Below the pieces are notes generated by a model. The model had not been told where the DNA came from. It was given only the letters and a program-made list of their open reading frames with translations, and did no database searches. The position numbers and the translations under genes were made by a program. A stretch of DNA of 64,000 nucleotides from a bacterium. Its GTDB lineage: Bacteria; 4484-113. This document shows, piece after piece, positions 37,174 through 46,384 of the stretch. The stretch spans positions 16,089 to 80,088 of the forward strand of contig JAGGTK010000099.1 in the NCBI GenBank assembly GCA_021163765.1, read 5' to 3'. Within the stretch, counting starts at the first letter, position 1. Each line of letters starts with the position of its first letter.

Positions 37174-37182
37174 TGGTATAAT
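37174..37182 (+). promoter_or_regulatory. extended -10 element (TGGTATAAT) immediately upstream of the Fic start
   Basis: TGnTATAAT at 37174-37182. Only 6 nt separate it from the GTG at 37189, and there is no Shine-Dalgarno. This suggests a leaderless or near-leaderless transcript. Confidence 0.35.
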
Positions 37183-37188
37183 TCCCGT

Positions 37189-38295
37189 GTGAAATTCGTT
37201 GAAATCGAGCATGGGTTAAAGGCCTGTATACCTGATATCAAGCTGGATACGATTCAGCTCCCTGCAGCAAGCGTAAACGAGCTTGCTGAGGCCGGACGGA
37301 TGCTAGGGAAGCTGGATGGGATAACTGAAAGGCTTCGTAAGGAGGGGATACTAGTCTATCCCTCACTGCTAAAAGAAGCAAGTGCTAGTACGCGCATAGA
37401 GGGAACGCGAGCTTCTTTCACAGATATTCTGGAGTATGAAGTGCAGCCTTCGCTGTTCAGGCCAGAGCATGAAGTCCGCGAGATATCTAACTACGTATGG
37501 GCAGCAAGAAACGGGTTCAGTCGGCTTAAAGAAGAACCGTTATCGCAGAGATTGCTGAAAGAACTACATCGAGATCTCTTACGAGATGTGAGGGGTAGGT
37601 ACCGTAGCCCAGGCAACTACAGGACATTGCAGGTTCACATCGGAAACGGGGAAGTTTCGAGCGCTCACTATGTTCCGCCACCTGCTCAACACGTCATTCC
37701 CCTGATGAGTGAGTGGGAGAAGTATCTTCACGGAGAGACAGGGCAGCACCCACTATTGAAGTGCGCGGTTTTACATGCGCAGTTCGAACTTATACATCCG
37801 TTCTTTGACGGTAACGGTAGAATCGGTCGCCTGCTGATTTCGTTTTATCTAGCGCATTCCGAAATTCTGAAGCATCCCGTTCTGGTCCTAAGCGAATGGT
37901 TAGAGGCGAGGAGGATGGAATACTACGACAGCTTGCGGCTAATAAGTTCAAAAGGCGATTGGGAGCATTGGATTGCTATGTTCCTGAAGGGTGTGCGGGA
38001 GCAATCGGTCAGACGAATCTCTATTGCTCAGAAGCAGCTTGAGCTATATAGCGATTATCGTGACATGTTGCAGAGCAAAACACGTAGTGCAAAGGCGTTG
38101 GGAGCGTTGGATAGTGTATTCGAGTCTGTAATGGTTAGCGCGAAATCCCTTAGCGCTGCGATAGGCGTATCTGAGGTATGGGCACTAAAGATAATAAAGA
38201 AGCTCGAAGCCTGTGGCGTTCTTAAGGAAACTGGGGTCAGGCAACGGCGTAAGGTGTTTGTCTGTGGTGAGCTTCTGCGACTCCTTGAGAGTTAG
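37189..38295 (+). CDS. Fic/DOC family protein (AMPylase-type), with an N-terminal inhibitory-helix motif
   Basis: The Fic motif HPFFDGNGRIGRLL. The N-terminal STRIEG matches the (S/T)xxxE(G/N) auto-inhibition motif. The C-terminal part looks like a winged helix. AT-richer gene. Confidence 0.85.
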   Translation: MKFVEIEHGLKACIPDIKLDTIQLPAASVNELAEAGRMLGKLDGITERLRKEGILVYPSLLKEASASTRIEGTRASFTDILEYEVQPSLFRPEHEVREISNYVWAARNGFSRLKEEPLSQRLLKELHRDLLRDVRGRYRSPGNYRTLQVHIGNGEVSSAHYVPPPAQHVIPLMSEWEKYLHGETGQHPLLKCAVLHAQFELIHPFFDGNGRIGRLLISFYLAHSEILKHPVLVLSEWLEARRMEYYDSLRLISSKGDWEHWIAMFLKGVREQSVRRISIAQKQLELYSDYRDMLQSKTRSAKALGALDSVFESVMVSAKSLSAAIGVSEVWALKIIKKLEACGVLKETGVRQRRKVFVCGELLRLLES

Positions 38296-38297
38296 GC

Positions 38298-39695
38298 TTA
38301 CTCCTCCAGGTCCCAGCTCGTAGCGCCGAGGGTCTTATCAGCTTTCTCGACCTCTCCCGAAGCGAGCAGATCTGCGGCGTTGGCGATCAGTGTTGCGTCC
38401 CCTTCACGTCCAGCCTGCATCAGGACTGTCTTCGCGCGGTCTATGATGACAGTGGCCGTGCCGGCATCCTCAGAAAGAAGCTGCTTTGCCCGGCTTATCT
38501 CGGCAACGACGTCTTTGACGCGCATCACCGAATCCACTTTGGCGTTGATGGAGTCGAGGATCCGCTGCCTGTTGGATGTGAACTGGACAACAGCTTCAGC
38601 GCTCATTGAGGTGCGCGTTGTCTGGCCGAGGTATTCGAACGACAGGGCTGTCTGAAGGATCCTGAAACGCGCGGCAGGATGAGAATCGAAAGCCAGCTTT
38701 AACAGCAGGTTTTGGGGGTCGCCCGCAATAATGTCGGGGAGTTCGACGGTGCTTGCGCCGTCTTCGGTTGTGACTTCACGCCCGTAGAACTTTTCCAGGC
38801 GTGCGCCCTTCGGGAGATCAACGGAAAGGCGTACGTTCTTGGCCACAACCTCAAATAGCGTCGCAAGTTCAGTTTCAAAAACTCGGGGTATTTCGCTGGC
38901 GGCATCTACATAGTAGTAATTGCCGATGGTATTTTTCGCGATACCGCGCATCAGCTCCTCGTTGTATTCAATCCCGACGCCTACACCCGAAATGCTGAAG
39001 CCGTCGCGGCGTATCTGTCGAGCCTTGGCGATGATTTCGCTGTATTCGGTAACCCCTTCGTTGGCCTCACCGTCGGTCAGCAGGATCACGCGCGCCAGAT
39101 GGGTTGGAGCTTTAACGGTGGCAAGCTGGTTGGCGCCGGCAACCATCCCGCCGTAAAGGTTGGTCGTGCCGCGTGGTCGTATGAGGTCAAGCTGAGTCTT
39201 TAGCGCTTCCTTTTTCGTTACAGGAGACTGTGCAAGCACCACGTCTACACTTTCCGCAAAGGTCACGATGGAGAGCGTGTCCACGGGGCCCAGCTTGTCT
39301 ATGAGCTGACGGCACGCTTCTTTGACGTACTCCAGCGGCTTACCTTCCATTGAGCCCGATTTATCGAGAACCACAGAAAGGTGAACCGGGGGACGGACTA
39401 GCCTCTGCCCCTTAAACGCTCCAGACAGCTCACAGAGCAAGTAGTTCTCGCTGCGGGCGTTCGCCAACGCGTAGGGATTGTGCAGCGCGAGGTTCAGCGT
39501 AACCTCTGGCTTGAGCTCCGCCAGATCCACTGTCTCAAGGGTATGACCAACAACCGTGGCATCTTCGTCGAGCAATCCGGGTGGCATGCCGGCGACTACG
39601 GTAGCGTCTCCGCTGCCTTGAGACACGATTGTGGCATCGCCACTGGTTTCGGGAGAAACGATGGTGGCATCATCAGTTTCTGCATTTCGGGCCAT
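38298..39695 (-). CDS. von Willebrand factor type A domain protein with N-terminal DAT[IV]V repeats
   Basis: VVLDKSGSMEG (MIDAS DxSxS)...TNLYGG...ILLTDGEAN. The N-terminus carries four copies of DAT(I/V)V. Confidence 0.75.
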   Translation of the reverse strand: MARNAETDDATIVSPETSGDATIVSQGSGDATVVAGMPPGLLDEDATVVGHTLETVDLAELKPEVTLNLALHNPYALANARSENYLLCELSGAFKGQRLVRPPVHLSVVLDKSGSMEGKPLEYVKEACRQLIDKLGPVDTLSIVTFAESVDVVLAQSPVTKKEALKTQLDLIRPRGTTNLYGGMVAGANQLATVKAPTHLARVILLTDGEANEGVTEYSEIIAKARQIRRDGFSISGVGVGIEYNEELMRGIAKNTIGNYYYVDAASEIPRVFETELATLFEVVAKNVRLSVDLPKGARLEKFYGREVTTEDGASTVELPDIIAGDPQNLLLKLAFDSHPAARFRILQTALSFEYLGQTTRTSMSAEAVVQFTSNRQRILDSINAKVDSVMRVKDVVAEISRAKQLLSEDAGTATVIIDRAKTVLMQAGREGDATLIANAADLLASGEVEKADKTLGATSWDLEE

Positions 39696-39809
39696 ATGTC
39701 AATTAGACTAGCATTTTGCGGCAAGGTTGTAAAAGAGGTGCCCCGGCCGGAAAGATGGATATCGAAAGAATAGTTGCTAAAGCTGGTGTGTCAGCCTAAG
39801 ATACTGGAT

Positions 39810-40562
39810 ATGCCCCGGCTGCTTATGGTGGATAACCTTGCACACACCTACCCCGACGGGACTCGGGCATTGCGCGGAGTTTCGCTTGCGCTGAATCGGG
39901 GGGAGATACTTTCGATAATCGGCCTGTCTGGAGCGGGGAAGTCCACTCTGCTTCGCTGTATCAACGGATTGGTGCGTCCGACGGAAGGCAGCGTCGAGTT
40001 TGACGGCAGGACTGTAGACTGGGATGCTGGGTCGCTGCGACATCTGCGCCGAATGATTGCGATGATATTCCAGCATTTCAACCTGATAGGCAACCTCTCG
40101 GTGCTGTCTAATGTTCTTATGGGACGGCTGAGCTATCAGTCATGCCTGATGCAGCCTTTCTATAGCTTCTCGAAGCGCGATCGCGAAATAGCGGCGGCTG
40201 CGCTGGATAAGATAGGCCTGCTGAATGAATGGGACAAGCGCGCAAGTGAACTTTCAGGCGGGCAGCAGCAGCGCGTTGGGGTTGCGCGTGCGCTTGCGCA
40301 GGAGCCGAGACTACTGCTTGCTGACGAGCCGGTGAGCAGCCTGGATCCGCTAACTGCGGATACTGTGCTGGGGCATTTCGTAAAGATAGTACGGAAAGAG
40401 AAGTTGGCAACATTGATGAATCTGCACGCAGTGGAGCTTGCGCGGAAGTACAGCGACCGCATACTGGGTGTCCGGGAAGGACAGTGCGTCTGGCAGGGGC
40501 TCCCTGACGAACTCACGACTGCAGTGCTGAAGAGCATCTACGGAGAAGAGTATGACGGCTGA
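39810..40562 (+). CDS. phnC: phosphonate ABC transporter ATP-binding protein
   Basis: GLSGAGKSTLLRC...LSGGQQQRVGVARAL...LLADEP is collinear with PhnC. Start at the ATG at 39810. Confidence 0.8.
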   Translation: MPRLLMVDNLAHTYPDGTRALRGVSLALNRGEILSIIGLSGAGKSTLLRCINGLVRPTEGSVEFDGRTVDWDAGSLRHLRRMIAMIFQHFNLIGNLSVLSNVLMGRLSYQSCLMQPFYSFSKRDREIAAAALDKIGLLNEWDKRASELSGGQQQRVGVARALAQEPRLLLADEPVSSLDPLTADTVLGHFVKIVRKEKLATLMNLHAVELARKYSDRILGVREGQCVWQGLPDELTTAVLKSIYGEEYDG

Positions 40563-41388
40563 GAAGGCTGCCGGCGTGGCATTGCCCGCAAGGGCGGAGA
40601 AGCCCTACGCCAGGGCTGTGAGCTTCGCTAAGTGGCTTATCGGTCTGGCTCTGGTTGCCTATACAGCGCTCGCAGTCGTCCATACGGAGTTTAATCCGCT
40701 CAAACTTCTTGCCGGAGCAGCGAGCGCAAAGGAAATCCTCAGCGAGATAGTGCATCCTGATTGGAGCGTCCTGCCGTCTCTTCTCAGGCTGATGAACGAA
40801 ACGGTAGAGATGGCGCTCATCGGCACGCTCCTGGCAATAATCATCAGTTTCCCGCTCTCGTTTCTCGCCGCGAAGAACTTGATGCTCGGATCGGCCGCGG
40901 GGCGCGTCGTCTATGCTGTGGTTCGGCTTATCTTCAATGTGCTCCGCGCCTTTGAGCCAATGCTGCTGGCCCTGCTTTTCGTCCTTATGGTTGGCATCGG
41001 GCCCTTCCCCGGCGTTCTCGCGCTCGGCTTGCACAGCGTGGGAATGCTGGGAAAGCTCTTCAGCGAGTCGATAGAGGCCATCGACCCAGGCCCTGTTGAG
41101 GCGATTCAGGCATGCGGCGGGAACAGATTCCAGGTGATATGGTACGGCGTTTTGCCGCAGGTCGCGCCGACGTTTCTGGCGTTCTCCATCTACCGATGGG
41201 ACATTAATATTCGCATGAGCATAATCCTGGGCATCGTGGGCGCAGGCGGAATCGGATATTTCCTGCTGCAATACCTCAGCTTGCTCCAATACAGCAAGGT
41301 TAGCACTGCGTTTATCCTTATACTTATTGTGGTAACAGCGCTTGATTCTGCAAGTGCCTGGCTGCGAACAAGACTGGGGCAGAAGTAA
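40552..41388 (+). CDS. phnE: phosphonate ABC transporter permease
   Basis: 278 aa polytopic protein. NETVEMALIGTLLAII...EAIDPGPVEAIQACG matches the PhnE pattern. Overlaps phnC. Confidence 0.75.
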   Translation: MTAEKAAGVALPARAEKPYARAVSFAKWLIGLALVAYTALAVVHTEFNPLKLLAGAASAKEILSEIVHPDWSVLPSLLRLMNETVEMALIGTLLAIIISFPLSFLAAKNLMLGSAAGRVVYAVVRLIFNVLRAFEPMLLALLFVLMVGIGPFPGVLALGLHSVGMLGKLFSESIEAIDPGPVEAIQACGGNRFQVIWYGVLPQVAPTFLAFSIYRWDINIRMSIILGIVGAGGIGYFLLQYLSLLQYSKVSTAFILILIVVTALDSASAWLRTRLGQK

Positions 41389-41448
41389 TAGCGCAGAGGG
41401 GATGCAACATCTGTTGCCGCCTGAGGGTTGCTGGTGTAGAATGAACCT

Positions 41449-42756
41449 GTGGCACTTCTCCGGTCAGGCTTTTGTCTGTTCTTCGCGGCGACACTTGCGA
41501 TTCTCCTTGCAGGGATGCACGCCTGGGCTGATGAGGCTTCACCTGATCCCGAAATGGTCAACTTCATTGCAGGAGAACTGGCGCCGGACAACGAAGCTCC
41601 AGTGGATAACGGGGCTGTGAGCGAGGAGACAGAGCCGGGGCAGGAGGAGTCGACAGAAGAAGACGCGGCGTTGGAGTCGACTAACGAGCACTATAGCGAT
41701 ACAGCGACAACAGAAGAACCAGCGGCTGAAGCAGTGCTTTCAGAAGACATCGCCCAGGAGCCGGAGCAGGAAGTTTCAGAGGGCCTGGCGATTCTGAAGG
41801 ACCAGGAGCCGGAAGAGGTTGCCGGGGAGCCTCGTGAACTGGAGGTGGCCCGCTTTTTCGGCCCGCTGCCCACGCGGAACCAGCACCCGCTGCATCTCAT
41901 GTTCTACAACTTCCCTGCTGAACGAGCGCAGGTGCTCTGTGACGGGGACCGGGAGTTCGTGTTCCGCTTTGAGGGGTCCAGCGATATCGTGAAGAAGGCA
42001 GAAGCAGGGACGATTGTAGACCTGGACCTGGAATGCTGGTATTACACGCTGGAGTATCGGCGGGGCACGCCCTGGGGTGAGCTGTCAGTGCAGGTACCCG
42101 TCAGGGACAACACGCACGGTTTTATGGACAACATAATTGACGGATGGCACGGCCTGCTGGGGCTGCCGCGCGGAGACAGGCCGGACTATCCGGCGAATGA
42201 TTACCACTTCTTCGTTCGAAACAGTGATGGCGGTGTGTTGAATTTCCCTTCGGACAGATTCGGACTGGCTGATGTGTCGCTGGCGTGGAAGGGAGAGATC
42301 AGCAGAAGCCCCGGGAGCACGCTGGCTTACCGGGCGGCGGTGAAGCTGCCGACAGGCGACCCGGACGACGGCCTTGGCTCTGGCGGGGCAGACTTTGGCG
42401 TCGGTCTTGCTTACGAGAGAGTGGCGTATCGCTGGGCGGGCTATGCGAATCTCAACTACATCATCATTGGAGACCCGGACTTTGCGGGCTTTGAGGCTAA
42501 CAATATCTGGACCGGGTCTGTTGCGTGCGAATACAGATTGCGTCCGACGTGGTGGCTGGTTGGCCAGGTTAACTTCGCACAGTATCCGCTGTCGACGGGC
42601 ACAGGGACTCTCGACCGGGACTCCAACGAGCTGTTGTTCGGCTTTCATAAGCTTCTAGGAAAGCGGCTCCTGTTCAGCGGGGGTTTTACTGAAGACATGC
42701 GGACCGACACCGCGCCGGACTTCGGCATCATTGGTGAGCTTAGGTGGCGCTTCTGA
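41449..42756 (+). CDS. secreted protein with an acidic low-complexity N-region, possible outer-membrane beta-barrel
   Basis: A signal-like N-terminus, an E/P/A-rich stretch, and alternating-pattern C-terminal strands ending ..GELRWRF. Confidence 0.4.
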   Translation: MALLRSGFCLFFAATLAILLAGMHAWADEASPDPEMVNFIAGELAPDNEAPVDNGAVSEETEPGQEESTEEDAALESTNEHYSDTATTEEPAAEAVLSEDIAQEPEQEVSEGLAILKDQEPEEVAGEPRELEVARFFGPLPTRNQHPLHLMFYNFPAERAQVLCDGDREFVFRFEGSSDIVKKAEAGTIVDLDLECWYYTLEYRRGTPWGELSVQVPVRDNTHGFMDNIIDGWHGLLGLPRGDRPDYPANDYHFFVRNSDGGVLNFPSDRFGLADVSLAWKGEISRSPGSTLAYRAAVKLPTGDPDDGLGSGGADFGVGLAYERVAYRWAGYANLNYIIIGDPDFAGFEANNIWTGSVACEYRLRPTWWLVGQVNFAQYPLSTGTGTLDRDSNELLFGFHKLLGKRLLFSGGFTEDMRTDTAPDFGIIGELRWRF

Positions 42757-42792
42757 TTGTGAACAAAGACACCGGCCAGCCGTCATAATTAT

Positions 42793-43419
42793 GTGATGGC
42801 TCTGGTGCTTTCGGCTGAGCTGATGGCTGATCGCGACGCAGCGAGTGCGGCTACGCCCCTGCCCATTGAGGCAGAGCTGGTGGCGCGCACAAAACGGGGC
42901 GACGACGCGGCTTTTGCCGAGCTGGTTGAGCTGTTCCAGAACCGCATCTTCAATTTCGTGCTTGCGCGGGTGCGCCACCGCCAGCTCGCGGAGGATGTGA
43001 CACAAGAGGTCCTGGTGAAGGCGTATTTCAGCCTGAACAAGCTTCGAGAGCCGGCAAAGTTCAAGTCGTGGCTGTTCAGCATTGCGCACAATCACCTGCG
43101 TGACCTGTTGCGGAAACGCAAGCTGGAGACCACGGATGTGGAAGAATGCCACACAGAGCACTATGTGGATCCGGATACACCGGAGAAAGAGCTGAAGCGG
43201 CAGCAAACGCGTGAGGCAGTTTGGAACGCGCTGGTACAACTGAAGCCGGAGCAGCGTGAAATATTGGTGTTATGCGATATCGAGGGGCTGAGCTACAGGG
43301 AAATCGCGGATATTATGCGGGTGCCACTGGGTACTGTGCAGTCTCGAATATTCTATGCGCGAAGGAAACTGAGAGTAATACTCTCTGGGGAGTTTTCCTA
43401 TATGGGTGAGGAACTATGA
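42793..43419 (+). CDS. ECF-type RNA polymerase sigma factor
   Basis: Region 2 (FAELVELFQNRIFNF...DVTQEVLVKAY) and region 4 (LSYREIADIMRVPLGTVQSRIFYARRKL). Confidence 0.85.
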   Translation: MMALVLSAELMADRDAASAATPLPIEAELVARTKRGDDAAFAELVELFQNRIFNFVLARVRHRQLAEDVTQEVLVKAYFSLNKLREPAKFKSWLFSIAHNHLRDLLRKRKLETTDVEECHTEHYVDPDTPEKELKRQQTREAVWNALVQLKPEQREILVLCDIEGLSYREIADIMRVPLGTVQSRIFYARRKLRVILSGEFSYMGEEL

Positions 43420-44018
43420 ATTGCGCCGAAGTGAGAACCTTGTTATCTGCGTTGGCGGACGGCGAGATTGCCGATGACCGCTTGCGCGAGAAAGTGCAGT
43501 CGCATATGGATAACTGTGAGGCGTGTCGCCAGGAATATGCTTTGCAGCTGGACATAAAGTCTAAGCTGTCGGAACTTGAACCTGAAGAAGCCTCGGTTTT
43601 TCTGGCAACGCGGGTAACGGCTGAGATCAAGCAGCTTCGCCGAAGGCGCTCGGCCTGGAGATGGAGCTACGCCTACGCCGGAGCGGCGGCTGTGATTGCC
43701 CTGGTGGTTATGTTAGGCGGGGGTCTGCTTGTCCACCCGTCGGCGCAGGGCGTTTATAAGAGCTTGCCCGATGTCGCGCCGGCTACTGTAGCATTGCCGC
43801 GCTCATCAAATGGGGATGGTTACGGCAGCTTCACGGAGCTCGTGGTAGGGCGGCATGAAGAGGCGCGCGAATTGCTGAAGGTGCGGGAGGAATGGGCGCC
43901 GGAATTCGAGCAGATCGTTCAGCGTCTTGGTGGTGAAGAGGACGATGAGTCGCTGTATAAGGAGCTGCCCAAGGAGAACACAGAAGACGAGGAGGAGCTT
44001 GCAGCAGAGGAAGAGTAG
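43416..44018 (+). CDS. anti-sigma factor (zf-HC2 type), single-pass membrane
   Basis: HMDNCEACRQEY (an Hx3Cx2C motif), a central TM helix and an acidic tail. ATGA overlap with the sigma gene. Confidence 0.7.
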   Translation: MNCAEVRTLLSALADGEIADDRLREKVQSHMDNCEACRQEYALQLDIKSKLSELEPEEASVFLATRVTAEIKQLRRRRSAWRWSYAYAGAAAVIALVVMLGGGLLVHPSAQGVYKSLPDVAPATVALPRSSNGDGYGSFTELVVGRHEEARELLKVREEWAPEFEQIVQRLGGEEDDESLYKELPKENTEDEEELAAEEE

Positions 44019-44045
44019 GCCAGAAGGCGCATACTGGTAGAATCC

Positions 44046-45179
44046 TTGAGAGTCATGAAGGAAAACTGGCTGAAACTGCTTCCAGCAGCGCTGTTCACAC
44101 TGCTTGTGTTCGCACAGCCTGCGGCTGCGGTTGCCGATGATGCAACCGAGACGGCCAACAGCCTGTTGCGTACGTTTCTGGAGACCAGCTTCAAGGCTGA
44201 CGTAGTCTTCACGGTTGTCGGGAAGGAGAGCCAGGGCCTTAGCGGTCGTCTTTACAGGCAGCCGCCCAACCATTTCAGGTTGGAGTATTACGAGGGCGAG
44301 GAGCTCGTGGGCTACTACTTGGAGGATGGGAGGACCAGCGCGCGCGTGTTCCCGCGCGAGAGAAAGGCAGTACTCATGATGCGACAGAGACTCTCTCCCA
44401 TCTTTGCTTTGATCGCCGGCTGCCTGGAACGTGCGGCAAAGGAGAACGAACTGGCTCTCACGGAAGAGTATCGGGAGGGGCGAGAGTCGTACGTTTTCAG
44501 CGGTTTTGCAGGAGCAGGAGCTTTCTCTGCTGTGTTTGACGCCGAAGATAAGCTGCTTAGAGTGTTCAAGGCGGACGGGCAGAAGGGGGACCTGGGATTC
44601 AATATGGTATTGAGTAATGTGGAAGCCGTAGCACCGGGAGGGTTTGCAGCGGGGTTCTTCTCGGCGCCGCCCGATTTTCAGGTTTTCGGTCCCGCAGCGC
44701 GGGTAGCCGAAGGCGAGCGTAAGCGGTTAAGGACATTCCAGAGGCGGTTGCCCCAGCAACAGCATCATCCTAAAGCGCTGGAGGAGTCCCTCAATGCAGA
44801 AGAAAGCAGCAATGAGGATTTCCTTCCGGCGCTGCCCACCCAGCTTCCCAAGGGCTTCGTTATAGAATCGGTTACGCCGCTGTTCTTTTCGGGGCGTCTG
44901 CTTTATCACATTGAACTGGTTAACGTGGCGGATGTGCAACTGGTCTCGGTCTTTGAGACCCGGCATGAGGAGTTCCGTAAGGAATTTCAGAGAACATGGC
45001 GCAAAGATGGGAAGCGCTTTCTTGACCTTCCTCTAGGGGATAGCGGTATCTACGTGATTCTCATCTCGGAAGACATAGCGGAAGACGCGCTCCGGGCGAT
45101 CTATGACTCCATGGAATTCCAGCCGGACCTGGCGGTTCAGCTTATAGATAAGGCGCTTGCTAGCATACTGTCTGAATGA
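44046..45179 (+). CDS. secreted protein, possibly LolA/RseB-like fold
   Basis: A signal peptide (LLPAALFTLLVFAQPAAA) and a position directly after the sigma/anti-sigma pair. The fold assignment is a guess from context. Confidence 0.4.
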   Translation: MRVMKENWLKLLPAALFTLLVFAQPAAAVADDATETANSLLRTFLETSFKADVVFTVVGKESQGLSGRLYRQPPNHFRLEYYEGEELVGYYLEDGRTSARVFPRERKAVLMMRQRLSPIFALIAGCLERAAKENELALTEEYREGRESYVFSGFAGAGAFSAVFDAEDKLLRVFKADGQKGDLGFNMVLSNVEAVAPGGFAAGFFSAPPDFQVFGPAARVAEGERKRLRTFQRRLPQQQHHPKALEESLNAEESSNEDFLPALPTQLPKGFVIESVTPLFFSGRLLYHIELVNVADVQLVSVFETRHEEFRKEFQRTWRKDGKRFLDLPLGDSGIYVILISEDIAEDALRAIYDSMEFQPDLAVQLIDKALASILSE

Positions 45180-45217
45180 GCACCGCGTCAGCACGTCCTG
45201 AGCTATAATTCTTTAAC

Positions 45218-46348
45218 GTGGAGCACGAACGAATCGCGCATTTCGAGCTGTTGGAACTCATCGGGCGGGGCTCGATGGGCAAGGTGTACCGTGCCCGGGA
45301 TGTGCGCAACGAAGAAATCGTTGCCCTGAAAGCCTTCTATCCAGACACAAGCCTATCCGATCAGCAGCGCGACGAACTGCTCGCTCGCTTCCAGAAAGAG
45401 GCAAACATACTAACGACGATCGAGGATACAAACGTCGTTGGAATTCGCGAGGTAGGCACCCACGAGGGCCAGGAATACATCGCGATGGAGTTTCTCGATG
45501 GCCCGAACCTGAAAGAACTGCTCGCGATGGGCGTATCGTTTACGATTGAGGATATAGTCGACGTAGGAGTCCAGGTTCTCGCGGGGCTTGAGGCGTGCCA
45601 TAGAGCGGGCATTGTTCACCGGGACATTAAGCCCGCTAACATCGTGAAGCTGCCTTCAGGGACGGTCAAACTTGCAGACTTTGGAATAGCCCGCATCCTG
45701 ACCGACGCCACCATCAGCCGCACCGGAACAGTTGTAGGCACGCCGAACTACATGTCCCCTGAGCAGGTAAGCGGGGGCGAGGTAACACCACGCTCAGACC
45801 TGTTCTCTTTGGGCGTAGTGCTCTACGAGCTTACGACGAAACACAAGCCCTTTGACGGTGAGAGCATTACGGCAATTATGTACAACGTGGTGAATCTCAC
45901 GCCGCCAGCGGCATCGCACTATACGGAGGAAGTACCTGAAGCTATGGACCAGGTGCTGGCGCGGGCTATGCACAAGCGGCCGGAGCAGCGTTACCAGGAT
46001 GCGCATAGCTTTCAGAAAGACCTGCTGGCAGTGGAAGCAAAAGTGCCGGTTGCGGAGAGCACAATGGCATCTGCTGCCAGGCAAGACCGGGACGCAGCTG
46101 CGCCGGTTCAGGGGATGGGCGATACCTGTTACTGCGTTGACTGCGGGACTCCAAACAATCCCAAGAACCTCATCTGTGTGAAGTGCCACCGCCCGCTTCT
46201 GAAGCGCGAGATGGCCATGCGCTTTGCGGACAGGGTTTTTCGCGTTAGCCCGGAACTGCGGCTGGATAGAACACTAACGGCTGTGCTGAACTTCATCCTT
46301 GCACTGCTGGTTGTGTTGTTGATCTACTTCTTCTTCAGAAGCGGATAG
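45218..46348 (+). CDS. Ser/Thr protein kinase with C-terminal zinc ribbon and TM anchor
   Basis: GRGSMGKVY, VALK, HRDIKPANI, DFGIAR and GTPNYMSPE. A later CVDCG...CVKCH is followed by a terminal hydrophobic helix. Confidence 0.85.
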   Translation: MEHERIAHFELLELIGRGSMGKVYRARDVRNEEIVALKAFYPDTSLSDQQRDELLARFQKEANILTTIEDTNVVGIREVGTHEGQEYIAMEFLDGPNLKELLAMGVSFTIEDIVDVGVQVLAGLEACHRAGIVHRDIKPANIVKLPSGTVKLADFGIARILTDATISRTGTVVGTPNYMSPEQVSGGEVTPRSDLFSLGVVLYELTTKHKPFDGESITAIMYNVVNLTPPAASHYTEEVPEAMDQVLARAMHKRPEQRYQDAHSFQKDLLAVEAKVPVAESTMASAARQDRDAAAPVQGMGDTCYCVDCGTPNNPKNLICVKCHRPLLKREMAMRFADRVFRVSPELRLDRTLTAVLNFILALLVVLLIYFFFRSG

Positions 46349-46384
46349 CCCGTATCGGTTGCCGTTAGCTGGCTCCCGTAAGCC

